A stretch of 62,581 nt of DNA, counting the filler, from Diploschistes diacapsis (taxonomy: Eukaryota), in assembly GCA_023645945.1 (NCBI GenBank). It is 5 parts of 5 records of this genome, joined end to end, with 100 filler letters (N's around TTAATTAATTAA, not from the genome) between each part and the next. Parts side by side here need not be neighbours in the genome. Positions count along the whole stretch, not along the records: positions 1 to 30,932 come from JALAIB010000123.1; 4 more parts are not named here. The stretch is one strand, 5' to 3'. Each line of letters begins with the position of its first letter. The stretch's first letter is position 1. Shown piece by piece: positions 11,771 to 23,580 of the stretch. Below the pieces are notes generated by a model, which worked only from the letters and a program-made list of their open reading frames with translations, did no database searches and was not told the origin of the DNA. The position numbers were made by a program, and so were the translations under genes.

Positions 11771-13925
11771 AGATTGGGAGGGGTCTGGACGGAGCGTTTG
11801 GAACGGAGAGCAACGGGAAGGAGGTTTGCAGAATCGGGTTGGAGGACCTCAAAACCACATAGCTAGCTAGCTGGCGCAGCTGATCCGCGAACACGGCGGC
11901 TGCACGATACGGAGAACGAGACCAATGCCAAAGCCATCATCTTAGTACTACCTGCCACCCCCTACCTCCGCCCACGCGCCGCTTTAATCCCCCAATGCCT
12001 TTCCCAGCGACATGTCGTCCTTCAGCGCGTCTGTGTTTCTTTTCTAGACCGCAAGGAAAGCCTCCACCCCGTGCCCTTCCTAGAAAGACCGTAGCTCCAA
12101 GCGCGTCTCCGCTCGCATCGTTGGTCCGTTCGGAATTCTGGATAAGCGGCCAAGACTTCTCAAGCGGTTGTTCGTGAAATGAGTGCTGCCGTATCCTGGA
12201 ATTGCAATCTCGCTTCAAGCCGCACTCTGCGCTGGCTTTTGGGCGTAGGGGGTTTTTTTTGCAGCCGTTCTTGTTTTCCAGAGGGGACTGCTAGTATATT
12301 CATGGCACTTTATCTTATCGTCCTTCACAGCCAAAAAAAAAAAGCAGCTGTGATTACGGCGCACTGTTTGATGCTGTCTATTCGATTCTCGTTTTCGGCG
12401 GCGGACCTGAATGTTTTTTAAGGATTGCAATGTCATAGACCTTCTAGACCTACATTTGATCGGAATAGGTAGTCATCTAACAGGCGATATTAAGAATAAG
12501 CTTACACGCCAAGACACCGATTTTCTATCACTTTATGCTCATACAAAGAGCTTTAGGAATGCTTTAGATTGAGTACAAGTCGGGCCTGAACAACTCGAAG
12601 CTCTCCCAGAATGTTCGGGTCTTTCCGTGGTGTATTCGATCTGAAGCGTCTCTCGAGCTCTTGTGTGCGCCTAAAGCGGTGATGTGGTCTCGCATATATA
12701 TATCAGTTTAGTTCGATATTGGCAGGATCCAGCATTGTTGGTCCTTTCGGCTATGTGGCCTAGCGATACTAAACTGGCGCTTTCCGATATCACAGAGGGA
12801 AGGGCGTTCGGTTGTGAATCATTCTTAAAATCGCCCGGGTGGATACCTAAGCTTTTATAGGAGAACAACCTTTTCCCGGCTAAAGTCGCTATCGTAAACT
12901 CAGGGCATCAGGGACACGCGCATCCTCTTAGTTGATCTATGGAGGCAGTTTAAAATAGATGACTGGTCGTTAATTTACGAGGTTGACCCCATTTAATGAT
13001 TAGATTCTTGCGCCAGCATATCAAATGGCGCCTACTGCTGTCGGAGAGGTGGCCTGGTATTCATGGCAGTTTAAAATCACCTCATCCTTTAGATACGTTT
13101 GAAGGGCAACCCGACTGGTAGCTTGCTAGGTATCGGAAGCTCTATGCCCTGGTTGGGGCCGCGCGAGAATATCGGTATGTATCAGCAAACCATACCAGTA
13201 ATGAATCCACAGTGTGCTCAACCTCTCAATGGACACTTCCCATGATGCTAGAGCGCGGCACCTCAAGTTCATCACCAGAAGAGACCCTTCCGAGAGCTGG
13301 CACAGCAAAGTCCGAAATGAAAGATGGTGACAGAGCGCCTTTGGTGGTAGAGAGACCGCCTTCATAGTTGCGTCAATCAACGTCCCACCTTTGATCGCTA
13401 GAACTTGAAGCATCACCATTATGTATCTTTAAGCACGTTTGCATACATTTTGTCCAGGTTACGAGCTTGAATGAAGCCTTATAATAACTTTGCCCCTGAC
13501 GAAACCAAGAAAGGCAATAATAGTTTCGGCTCTTTTCGGTTCTCTCGGCTCTTTCGGCTCACAGTGGCTGCCCTGCCCTGCTTAGTCACTTCGGACATCC
13601 GAGTGGAAGTAATACGGACCGAGAGACCACATACAGAAAGCAAGAGCTTGAACGACTGGCTCAAAGCGACTGCTGTTTTGCTGGTCTGGAGTTTGTCTCG
13701 ACAATGACCCAAAAGCTCAAGACAAGAAAATTTTGAGACACAGTGTTACTATGGATATCTGTCTCGTACCCACTTTGCTCGCGCTAGGTCGTGGCACGTG
13801 ACGACCAGCCTTGGCTCGGCACCGAGTCACAGTGGAAGCTCAAAATGAATGCATGGTTCAAATTTTCTACACCTATGTCTCGGTAGATTGTGCTGGACTT
13901 TACAGAAGCTCACCTGCCAGACAAG

Positions 13926-16900
13926 ATGGCTGAGCCATCTGAAGTCAATGGCGAAGTACTGCCTTCAGGCCCACAGGCTGCTGCAACTACCGGTCTCGGA
14001 AACGGGATCTCTGCCCATCATGAATTTCTGGACAAAGTTCGAGAGCCCCCAATTACTCGACTCCTAAAGGCGGGGGATACAAACCGGAAGATGCTGCTTG
14101 AGCTTCAAGATGGCTCTACATATCAAGGCTACAGCTTTGGCGCAAGCAGAAGTTGTGGGGGTGAGCTTGTTTTTCAGACAGGTATGTTTTATCCCATCTT
14201 GGTATTTAATCAGCTTGGTTCGAAGCCATCCATGTTGGACAGCACACTACTTCTCTTCTCATAGTTATTCCGCCTTGTAAGTTTCTGCAGCACTTACACA
14301 ATCGCAGGGATGGTGGGTTACCCCGAGTCGGTCACGGATCCATCATATCGGGGACAAATCCTCGTCATGACATGGCCGCTTGCCGGGAACTATGGAGTGC
14401 CTTCGCGGAATACAAGGGATAAGCTTCTTGAAGCTGTCCCTGCGTATTTCGAAGCTGCAAAGATCCATATTGCCGGCCTTGTTGTTGCGTCATATGCAGG
14501 AGAGGACTATTCTCACCACTTGGCCTCATCTTCACTTGGAGATTGGTTGAGAGAGAACGATGTTCCAGCAGTCTATGGCGTCGATACAAGAGCTTTGACC
14601 AAGAGAATACGGCACAAGGGGAGCATGCTCGGGAGAATGCTGCTTGGAAAGGGTGTGACCGGTGCCGCTTCGGGCCAGCGACAGTTGGACATCGGCATGG
14701 GCAAGAACGTTTCAACAGGCCAGTTTGAGTACGTGGAATGGTCAGATCCGAATGATCGCAACCTTGTAATTGAAGGTGAGATCGTAATGAATCTAGATTC
14801 CGTAGACAGTCGAATTAATCATTCGCAGTCTCATGTCACGAGCCGCAACTGTACACTCCGAGAGCAGAATCTGCTCTTTTCCATCCCTCTGGGCGGCCTA
14901 TTCGCGTAATATGCGTGGACGTAGGCCTGAAATTCAATCAGCTACGCTGCTTGGTATCTCGAGGCGTTGAAGTTTTACGTGTGCCGTTTGACTATGCCTT
15001 CCCCAAGCTAGCAGGCAAAATTTTCGATGGACTCTTCATCTCGGTATTTGGAACATGGCTATCAGCACACACGCGGTCCATGGGTGCTAACACTTTGTAG
15101 AACGGCCCTGGCAACCCAGCTTTACTCACAGAGACAGTGCAGAACATTGAGACAGCCATTGCAGAAAACCGTACGCCAATATTTGGTATCTGTCTTGGTC
15201 ATCAGCTCTTAGCGCGCGCTGCGGGAGCAAGCACCCTGAAGATGAAATTCGGTAACAGGCAAGGCTTCTGCGGTGATAGAGTGGTCCCTATCTGACGATG
15301 GCTTCCAGGGGCCACAATATCCCATGCACCAACAAGCTCTCAGGAAGGTGTTACATTACCTCACAAAACCATGGCTATGCTGTAGATGCCATGAGTCTAC
15401 CGGCCGATTGGGAAGAGATCTTTGTAAACGCCAATGATAAGAGCAATGAGGGTATTAGGCATAAGAGCCGGCCAATCTTCAGTGTCCAATTCCATCCAGA
15501 AAGCGCCCCGGGGCCCCGTGACACTGAATTCCTATTCGATGTCTTCATTGACGCAGTCAAGAGAAGCGTGCAAGATGCTAGTACTTTACTAAGACCGCTC
15601 AACTTCCCAGGAGGATCAGCCGAGGAGAACGAAGCACTGCATCCTCGAGTTAATGTGAAGAAAGTTCTAGTGATAGGGAGTGGAGGACTTAGCATAGGGC
15701 AAGCAGGAGAATTTGACTACTCAGGTACGACGAATCCTTCTATGATAATCCGGCAGCGGCAGGGATGGTACACAGAGTTCAGAAAACTCACGTGATTTTC
15801 TGTCAAGGGTCTCAAGCGATCAAGGCGCTCAAAGAAGAAGGAATTTACACAGTCCTTATCAATCCGAAGTATGTAACAATCCTTGAGCATACGACCCCTG
15901 GCTTATCATTGCAGTATCGCAACAATTCAGACTTCCAAGGGGCTTGCGGACAAAGTCTACTTCGTACATTTGTCCTTTTGCTTCACTAATGCCGCTAATT
16001 GTTGCAGCTACCGGTCAATGCCGATTCAGTCCGTAAGGTCATCAAGCATGAAAGGCCGGATGGCATTTTTGTGACGTTTGGTGGTCAAACAGCACTTCAA
16101 ATTGGAGTCGAGCTCGAAAACGAGTTTGAATCCCTTGGGGTCACTGTTCTGGGAACGCCAATTGAGACCATCAAGCTCACTGAAGATCGAGAGCTCTTCT
16201 CTCAACGAATGGCAACCATTGATGCCCCGTGTGCCCCGGGAATCACTGCAACTTCCTTGGAAGAGGCGGTTCAAGCCGCCGAGACCATCCGCTACCCGGT
16301 CATCGTCCGTGCCGCGTATGCTCTCGGCGGGCTTGGAAGTGGCTTTGCAGAGAACAAAGCCCAGCTGCAGACGTTGTGCGAGAAGGCATTTACTGCCAGT
16401 CCCCAAGTGCTCGTCGAACGAAGTATGAAAGGCTGTGTGTATTCCACCAAGTTGAAGCATGCGTCGCATCTGCTGACAGTAAGTAGGGAAAGAGATTGAA
16501 TATGAAGTTGTTCGAGACGCACAAGATAACTGCATTACAGTGTGCAACATGGAGAACTTTGATCCTTTGGGAATTCATACCGGAGACTCTATTGTGGTTG
16601 CGCCCTCCCAAACTTTGAGTGACGAAGATTATCAAATGTTAAGGAGCACTGCAATACGGGTTATACGGAATCTAGGAGTCATAGGCGAATGCAACATTCA
16701 GTACGGCTTAAACCCTGACTCTAACGAGTTCGCCATCATTGAGGTAAACGCAAGGCTGTCACGGTCCTCAGCCCTAGCTTCAAAGGCTACGGGGTATCCT
16801 CTTGCATTCGTTGCCGCAAAGCTCGGCCTTGGAATTCCCTTGAACGAGATTTCTAACAGCGTCACGAAAGTGACTTGTGCTTGCTTCGAGCCGTCTTTGG

Positions 16901-19900
16901 ACTATGTGGTGGTTAAAATCCCAAGGTGGGACCTCAAAAAGTTTACACGCGCTAGTAAAACGTTAGGCAGTGCTATGAAGTCTGTGGGTGAGGTCATGGC
17001 AATTGGCCGGACGTTCGAAGAGGCCATTCAGAAGGGCATACGAGGGGTTGATCATCACAATGACGGTTTCAATGCTACCGAGGCCCTTATATCTATCGAT
17101 ATCGACACTGAGCTCCAGACGCCATCAGACCAACGGTTGTTCGCCATCGCCAACGCTTTCTACCAAGGTTATACTATAGATGAGGTCTTCAGAATGACCA
17201 AAATCGACCGATGGTTCCTCCAACGACTCAAAGGTCTCAGCGACTTCAGTATTTACCTTTCGCAATTCACACTTCATTCAGCGTCGACCGAGCTTCTACG
17301 CCAGTCAAAGAAGCTCGGATTCTCGGATCGCCAGTTAAGAAAACTCTTCGATTCTAATGAATTAGAAGTGCGAAGGCGAAGGGTCGAAGCTGGTATCACG
17401 CCTGTCGTCAAGCAGATCGACACTGTTGCGGCAGAATTTCCTGCAGTTACTAATTATTTATACTTGACTTACAATGGCTCCGAGCATGACATTGGATTTA
17501 ACGATCATGGCATCATTGTTCTCGGTAGTGGTGTGTATCGTATTGGTAGCTCCGTCGAGTTTGACTGGTGCTCCGTGACTACGATTCGAACACTCCGGGA
17601 GAATGGATGTCGGACAATCACAATCAACAATAATCCGGAGACCGTGTCAACAGATTTTGACGAAGCTGACAAGTAACGACCCCAGTCGCACGTTGGGTCG
17701 GTAGGGATGCTGACATAGTATCAGACTCTATTTTGAAAACATTACTCTTGAAACCGTACTGGATATCTACCAACTGGAAAAGTCGAGCGGACTGATTTTA
17801 TCTATGGGCGGCCAAACACCTAATAACATTGCGTTGCCATTATATCGTGCAGGCGTCCACATTCTTGGTACGGTACGTAAGATCTGAAAAGTTACATCTT
17901 CTAGTCTTCATATTATCATGTTCACTGTGGATGACTTCTCTACATCACTAACAAGATGGTATCTAACACGTCAATCTATTCTAGTCCCCTGAATCAATTG
18001 ACCGAGCAGAGAATCGCTTCAAATGGAGCCGTCTATTAGACCAAATTCTTGTGGATCAGCCGGCCTGGAAAGAGCTTACCAACTTTGATGAGGCAGCCAA
18101 GTTCTGCGAAAAGGTGGCTTACCCTGTCCTTGTTCGACCGTCTTATGTCTTGTCTGGCGCTGCCATGAACATTGTCTATTCGCGGCACGATCTTGAAAGA
18201 TACTTACAAGAGGCTTCTGATGTGTCCCCTCAGCACCCGGTTGTGATTACAAAGTATATCCAGGTGAGTGCTAGGGCATGTCTCGAGATTTGAAGGACAC
18301 TGATCATCCCGCCTCAGAACGCAAAGGAGATTGAAGTGGATGCAGTAGCTCTCAACGGGAAAGTGGTAATTGGTCCTTTTTTTTTTTTTTTTGCTCACCA
18401 AATAACCAGCACCGTAGATAATTCTAACAAATCATTGACTTCATTTCTTTCTAGATTGGCCACTTCATCAGCGAGCATGTGGAAAACGCTGGTGTCCATT
18501 CTGGAGACGCAACTCTGGTGCATCCGCCCCAGGATTTGGATCCAGAGACCGTTCGGAGGATTGAGAATGCTACCCAACAGATTGGAGGCTCCTTGAATAT
18601 CACAGGCCCTTTCAACATACAGTTCATCGCCAAAGATAATGAAATCAAGGTTATAGAGTGCAATGTACGAGCGTCAAGGAGCTTTCCGTTCGTCAGCAAA
18701 GTAACTGGAGGTAAGATTTAGAACCATAGGCTGGAGCTTTGTACTGATGGTTGCCAAGTCAATTTGATCGAGATGGCTACCAAAGCCATGATGGGACTTC
18801 CTGTTACCGAATATCCATCTGTATCTATTCCAAAAGACTATGTTGGAGTCAAGGTTCCGCAATTCAGCTTCTCACGATTATCAGGGGCCGATCCCGTTTC
18901 GGGTGTCGAGATGGCCTCGACGGGAGAGGTTGCTTGTTTTGGTAGAGACAAGTACGAGGCTTACATCAAGGCGTTGATTGCCACAGGTTTCAAATTACCT
19001 AAAAGAACCGTTCTACTCTCTCTCGGGTCGCATAGAGACAAGATAGAGCTGCTACCTTCGATCAGGAAATTATATCAGCTTGGATATCACCTCTTCACAA
19101 CCCCAGGTACACACGACTTCCTAGAAAGTAATGGCGTCTCCTCTCAATACTTGGACGACGTTCCCGGCAGCTCAAGACCTGAGTACTCACTATCCGAATA
19201 CATGTCAAACAAGGAAATTGATATGTATATCAATCTTCCATCAAACAATCATTTTCGCCGGCCAGCAAACTTCCTCTCAGCAGGGTACAAGTCACGACGA
19301 CAAGCCATTGACAGGAGCATTCCTTTAGTTACTAACATCAAAAAGTAAGCGGCCACAACGGTTAAGTAGTGGTTCAATGCTGACGGCATCTAGCGCAAAG
19401 ATTCTTGTCGAGGCACTCAGCCGAAGGTTTGACTTAAATATTCTTGAGATTGACAGCAAAACGTATGAGACATCAATAAAGTTGGCTACACAATCTCTCG
19501 AGGCTCCCCCAAAACCCTTGGAACCAGCATCGACTGTACATTCACGGATTCTCGAGCTTCTCTCAAGATCACCACAGTTCAAAGATCAAGACATTCTTTC
19601 TGTGGACCAGGTTAATCGGGAGTCACTTCACTCACTGTTCACTGTTGCTCAAGAGATGCGTCTCGGAGTAGAAAAGCATGGTATTCTCGAAATATTAAAA
19701 GGCAAGGTGCTTTGTACTCTATTTTATGAGCCGTCAACCCGGACCTCGGCTTCTTTCGATGCAGCCATGCAACGCCTCGGCGGTGGGACGGTCCCAATTG
19801 CAACATCCTTCTCCAGCACTGTCAAGGGCGAATCGCTGGCGGACACAGTGCGTACTTTGGCTTGCTATGGAGACGCAATTGCTTTGCGCCATCCGCTGCC

Positions 19901-20662
19901 CGAATCGGCCGCTATCGCCGCGGAGGCCTCCCCAGTACCGGTTCTTAATTGTGGTAACGGCTCGCTGGAGCACCCCACACAAGCGTTTCTAGACCTTTTC
20001 ACAATACGCGAAGAATTGGGCACCGTCAATGGACTTACACTGACTTTCATTGGGGACCTACGCTGGGGCAGAACTGTACATAGTTGCCTGAAGCTATTGG
20101 CACATTACAACGTTAACATCCAACTTGTCGCTCCCACGGCTTTAGCCCTGCCGGCCGATATTCGTGAATCTCTCGTCTCCCGGGGGCAGCTTCTGGCTGA
20201 ATCTACGGAGTTAGATCCGAAGATTGTCGCGCGGAGCGACGTACTCTACTGCACCAGGGTGCAGAAAGAGCGTTTCGACAATCCTGCCGAGTACGAGGAG
20301 CTAAAGGACAAGCTTATCGTCGACAACGCCGTGCTGAGCCACGCAAAAACGAAAATGATCGTCATGCACCCCTTGCCAAGGAACAAAGAGATCCCTGAAG
20401 AGGTGGATCTGGACCAGCGGGCTGCATATTTCAGACAGGTGAGTTTCGCAACGCTTTCGATCCTAAACTCTCCCTTTAAATAATTGGAGCGCTGTCGGTA
20501 TGGATGGGCTATGAGCATGGGGAAATTTTCCAAAGATGCAAAGGGTGAACTTGGGATCGAAGACATGGTAACTTGATCAAAGATATTTCAATGCTAACGT
20601 TCGAGCAGATGCGACATGGCTTATTTATTCGCATGGCTTTGCTGGCCCTTGTATTATATTGA
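13926..20662 (+). CDS. URA2: URA2/pyrABCN-like multifunctional enzyme (glutamine amidotransferase + carbamoyl-phosphate synthetase + aspartate transcarbamylase) lacking the DHO-like domain; 16 exons, ~1883 aa
   Basis: Exons 13926-14181, 14308-14775, 14829-15043, 15101-15258, 15309-15724, 15808-15868, 15915-15963, 16008-16434, 16487-17672, 17725-17872, 17985-18263, 18318-18365, 18455-18710, 18759-19344, 19394-20438, 20609-20662 sum to 5652 nt and stay in frame. Motifs: [28 protein letters not shown] (GATase); [35 protein letters not shown] (CPS); [19 protein letters not shown] (ATCase). Confidence 0.95.
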
Positions 20663-21064
20663 TGAGAGCTTCAAGCCTCCGGAGGCCTTCCCACCAGAGC
20701 GGGTGGGGAGCACCTTGGCTATTAGCAGCAAAAACCGACAGCAATTCTGCGGGGTGGGATATTGAAGAGAAAAACAGCTAGCATCAAGAAGTGGGCTGGA
20801 TAGCTTGGCCTCTTTGCATCGTAGCTTCTAAGTTAAGCTGCACGTGACCCACGGGATACCAGCTGCCCAACTCGGATAGAGGTCGATTGTAGAAGGTATG
20901 AATACTAAAAGTTTCTCGATATGGCGTACATGCCTTTTCATAGGTCAAAGGCAAAGAGCTTCTCAATAACTTTTGATCTTAAGCGAGGTATTTACTGTAC
21001 CTAGGTACCGCTTTGTGCGTTGACTTACCGCTGTTCGCTGCCGTAGCTGCTGTTTCTTTTTTTC

Positions 21065-21098
21065 AGCCGTCAGTCTGGCCGGGGCCAGACTGACGGCT
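21065..21098. repeat. Perfect 16-bp inverted repeat with 2-nt spacer
   Basis: AGCCGTCAGTCTGGCC-GG-GGCCAGACTGACGGCT. Confidence 0.9.
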
Positions 21099-21540
21099 TG
21101 ATTATTGCCCCTTCACCTCGGTTTCAGCCCATTTAGTCATGGAAACTCAGGCTACGTTACTTATTAATAAATACATAACACATGATCTAGGAGCTCGATT
21201 ATAGGTACTGGGGTCGCTTGTAGTGTCTAGTTACTGATGCGCATACTTACTTTCCTATTCTCCTCCATATCACGAGCTGAGGGTCGCCGCACAGTCTCCT
21301 CCTCTTTTTGCTCAGGCTTTGTTGCTGTAGACTCATCTCGCGAACCGTGCTTGCGTTGGGGATTCGCTTTCAAGACCCTCGGCTTCATTTTGTCTTATGC
21401 TTATCCTTACACTGCTGCTCCTGTATCGTATCTAGTTCGCATGCATTGTCGCTAGGGCCTAGCCGCCTCTGCTTTCCCTGAGTGGATATACCACAGAGCC
21501 CCAAGACTCAATAGTCAAGAATAATTTTTATTTTGATAGA

Positions 21541-23580
21541 ATGGAAATGAACTATGATGAAAAGGTATCTCCGCTTTCCTTTTTATAGCGCATTTAACAA
21601 ATACACCACATGGAAGCTGACGTCTCTCCTATTCAAGGTGCTCCACGAGCTCGAGGAGGAACTCAACGTCGAGATCCTCCCGGGGACGGAGATCATGGCC
21701 GACGTGGGCTCTCGTCATTTCGTGAAGTCGAATGCGGGCGTCCTCGTCCCCCAGCCCACGGACGACCCGCGCGACCCCTTGGTATGTTCCGTACCTATGT
21801 AAGTAAACGGGCAGATTCGCTGAGACAGAATGCAGAACTGGAATGCCTTCTGGAAATTCTCCACCATGGCCTGCGTGACCATAGAGAGCTCCGCTCAAGG
21901 AATGGGTCCCTTGTCGCTTGCCCCCATGTTTCCTCAGTTGATGAAGGCTTTCCACTGCGACCTGGCGGACGCCGTGCAGTTCACCGGTGTGTGCATCCTT
22001 ATCCTAGGGTTCAGTAATTTCATTTGGTGAGCTTGGTCCCCCCCCCCAATGCCCTATAGTTTGCTGATACCTCCTGGAGGGTGCCTCTTGCCACCTGTTT
22101 TGGTAGACGGCCTGTCATTCTAGCGTCTACCTTGATATGCCTGGGCTCAAATATTTGGCGGGCACAAGCCCAGACTTACTCGTCGTTCATGGGGGCCTGC
22201 ATTCTAAACGGCATCGGGGCAGGTCCCGCTGAAGTAGGCCCGAGTATGCTCGACGTATACACATACCGTTTGCTAAGATGACCGTAGTCTCTGCAACCTA
22301 CAGTGATCACGGACATCATGTTCCTACACGAGCGTGGCCGGTACAACACGCTATATTTCTTCTTCTACTGGGGCTCGATCACGGTATGCTCATATATGGA
22401 TTGGTAGCGTTGCGGTATTAACCATGGCCAGATCGGACCCGTTGTTGCTGGAGTGATGGCCGAGTACAGCAACTGGAGAAACTACTGGTGGTTGAACGTT
22501 GCGCTACATGCGTTCATCTTCCTCATCTGTCTCGTCGGCTTCCCAGAAACCAAATGGCACCGTGTCCACCCATCCGAGACGCCCCGAACGGCACCAGCTA
22601 CCCATTCACAGTCTTCCGACGAGCCAAAAGAGAAGATCGCAGCTCATGACGACATTACGATCGAGAAGATGGACGCAAAGCTCGGCGCTGGTGGAGACGG
22701 CGACCTCTCCAAGCAGGCTACGGCCGTGCGCGACCCGTACCTCGGAAAGGGGAAGCCCGACAAGAGACAATTCAGCCTGTACCAGCCGAACTCGAACCCC
22801 ATCAAGAGCCTCATGCTCGACTTCTGGACTCCCTGGAAGCTCCTCGCATTCCCCATCGTCGAGTTCGCCGCCTTCGTCGTCTCATGGAGCGCCTCATCTT
22901 TCCTCACTCTGAACCTCACACAGAGCCAGGTCTTCGCCGCGGCACCATACAATTTCCCACCCCAATCCGTCGGCTTCACCAACTTCGCCACGTTCGCCGG
23001 AAGCCTCCTCGGCCTGCTCATCGCCGGTCCGATGTCGGACTGGATATCGGCGCGCCTGACGAAGCGCAACCGCGGCATCCGCGAGCCGGAAATGAGACTG
23101 CTCGCCATGGTCCCCTTCGTGTTCGTCATGATACTGGGCAACTTCGTCGTCGCCTTCGGATACCAGTACAAGTGGGACTGGCGCGTAAGCTTTCCCTTGG
23201 CCCCGCGTCCTGCATGTCCCCCCAATGTTAGCATCTGCATAACTAACCCCCTTTCGCCACAACAGGCGATCGTCATCATCGGCTACGGCTGCGGGGGCCT
23301 CCAGGTTGCGGCCCTGCCCTCCATTGCGGCCACGTATGCCGTCGACAGCTACAAGCCCGTCACCGGCTCCGTGTTCGTGTCCATCACGATCAATAAGAAT
23401 CTGTGGGGGTATGGCTTCTCGGCGTTTATTACGCCCTGGTCTCTGCGGAGCGGGTTCATTCCGCCGATTATGACGAACATGTGCTTGATCACGCTGTGGT
23501 GCTCGTTTGGGTTCTTGTTCTGGTATCTCGGGAAGAGGTTTAGGTATTGGACGAGGAATAGTAGCGTGCATAGGATGTAG
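21541..23580 (+). CDS. Major facilitator superfamily transporter, DHA1/Hol1-like; 7 exons
   Basis: Exons approx. 21541-21564, 21638-21781, 21836-22026, 22080-22233, 22288-22383, 22432-23184, 23266-23580. Motifs LVPQPTDDPRDPLNW, FGRRPV (motif A), FLHERG, FPETKW, REPEMRL; many hydrophobic helices. One acceptor (22079) is an atypical GAG. Confidence 0.88.

Noticed and set aside
17873..17984. Possible stwintron in URA2 intron 10 (nested GTAAGA donor, two CTAAC branch sites)
   Set aside because: Removing the internal intron would leave an external intron of only about 33 nt, too short; simple splicing restores the frame.
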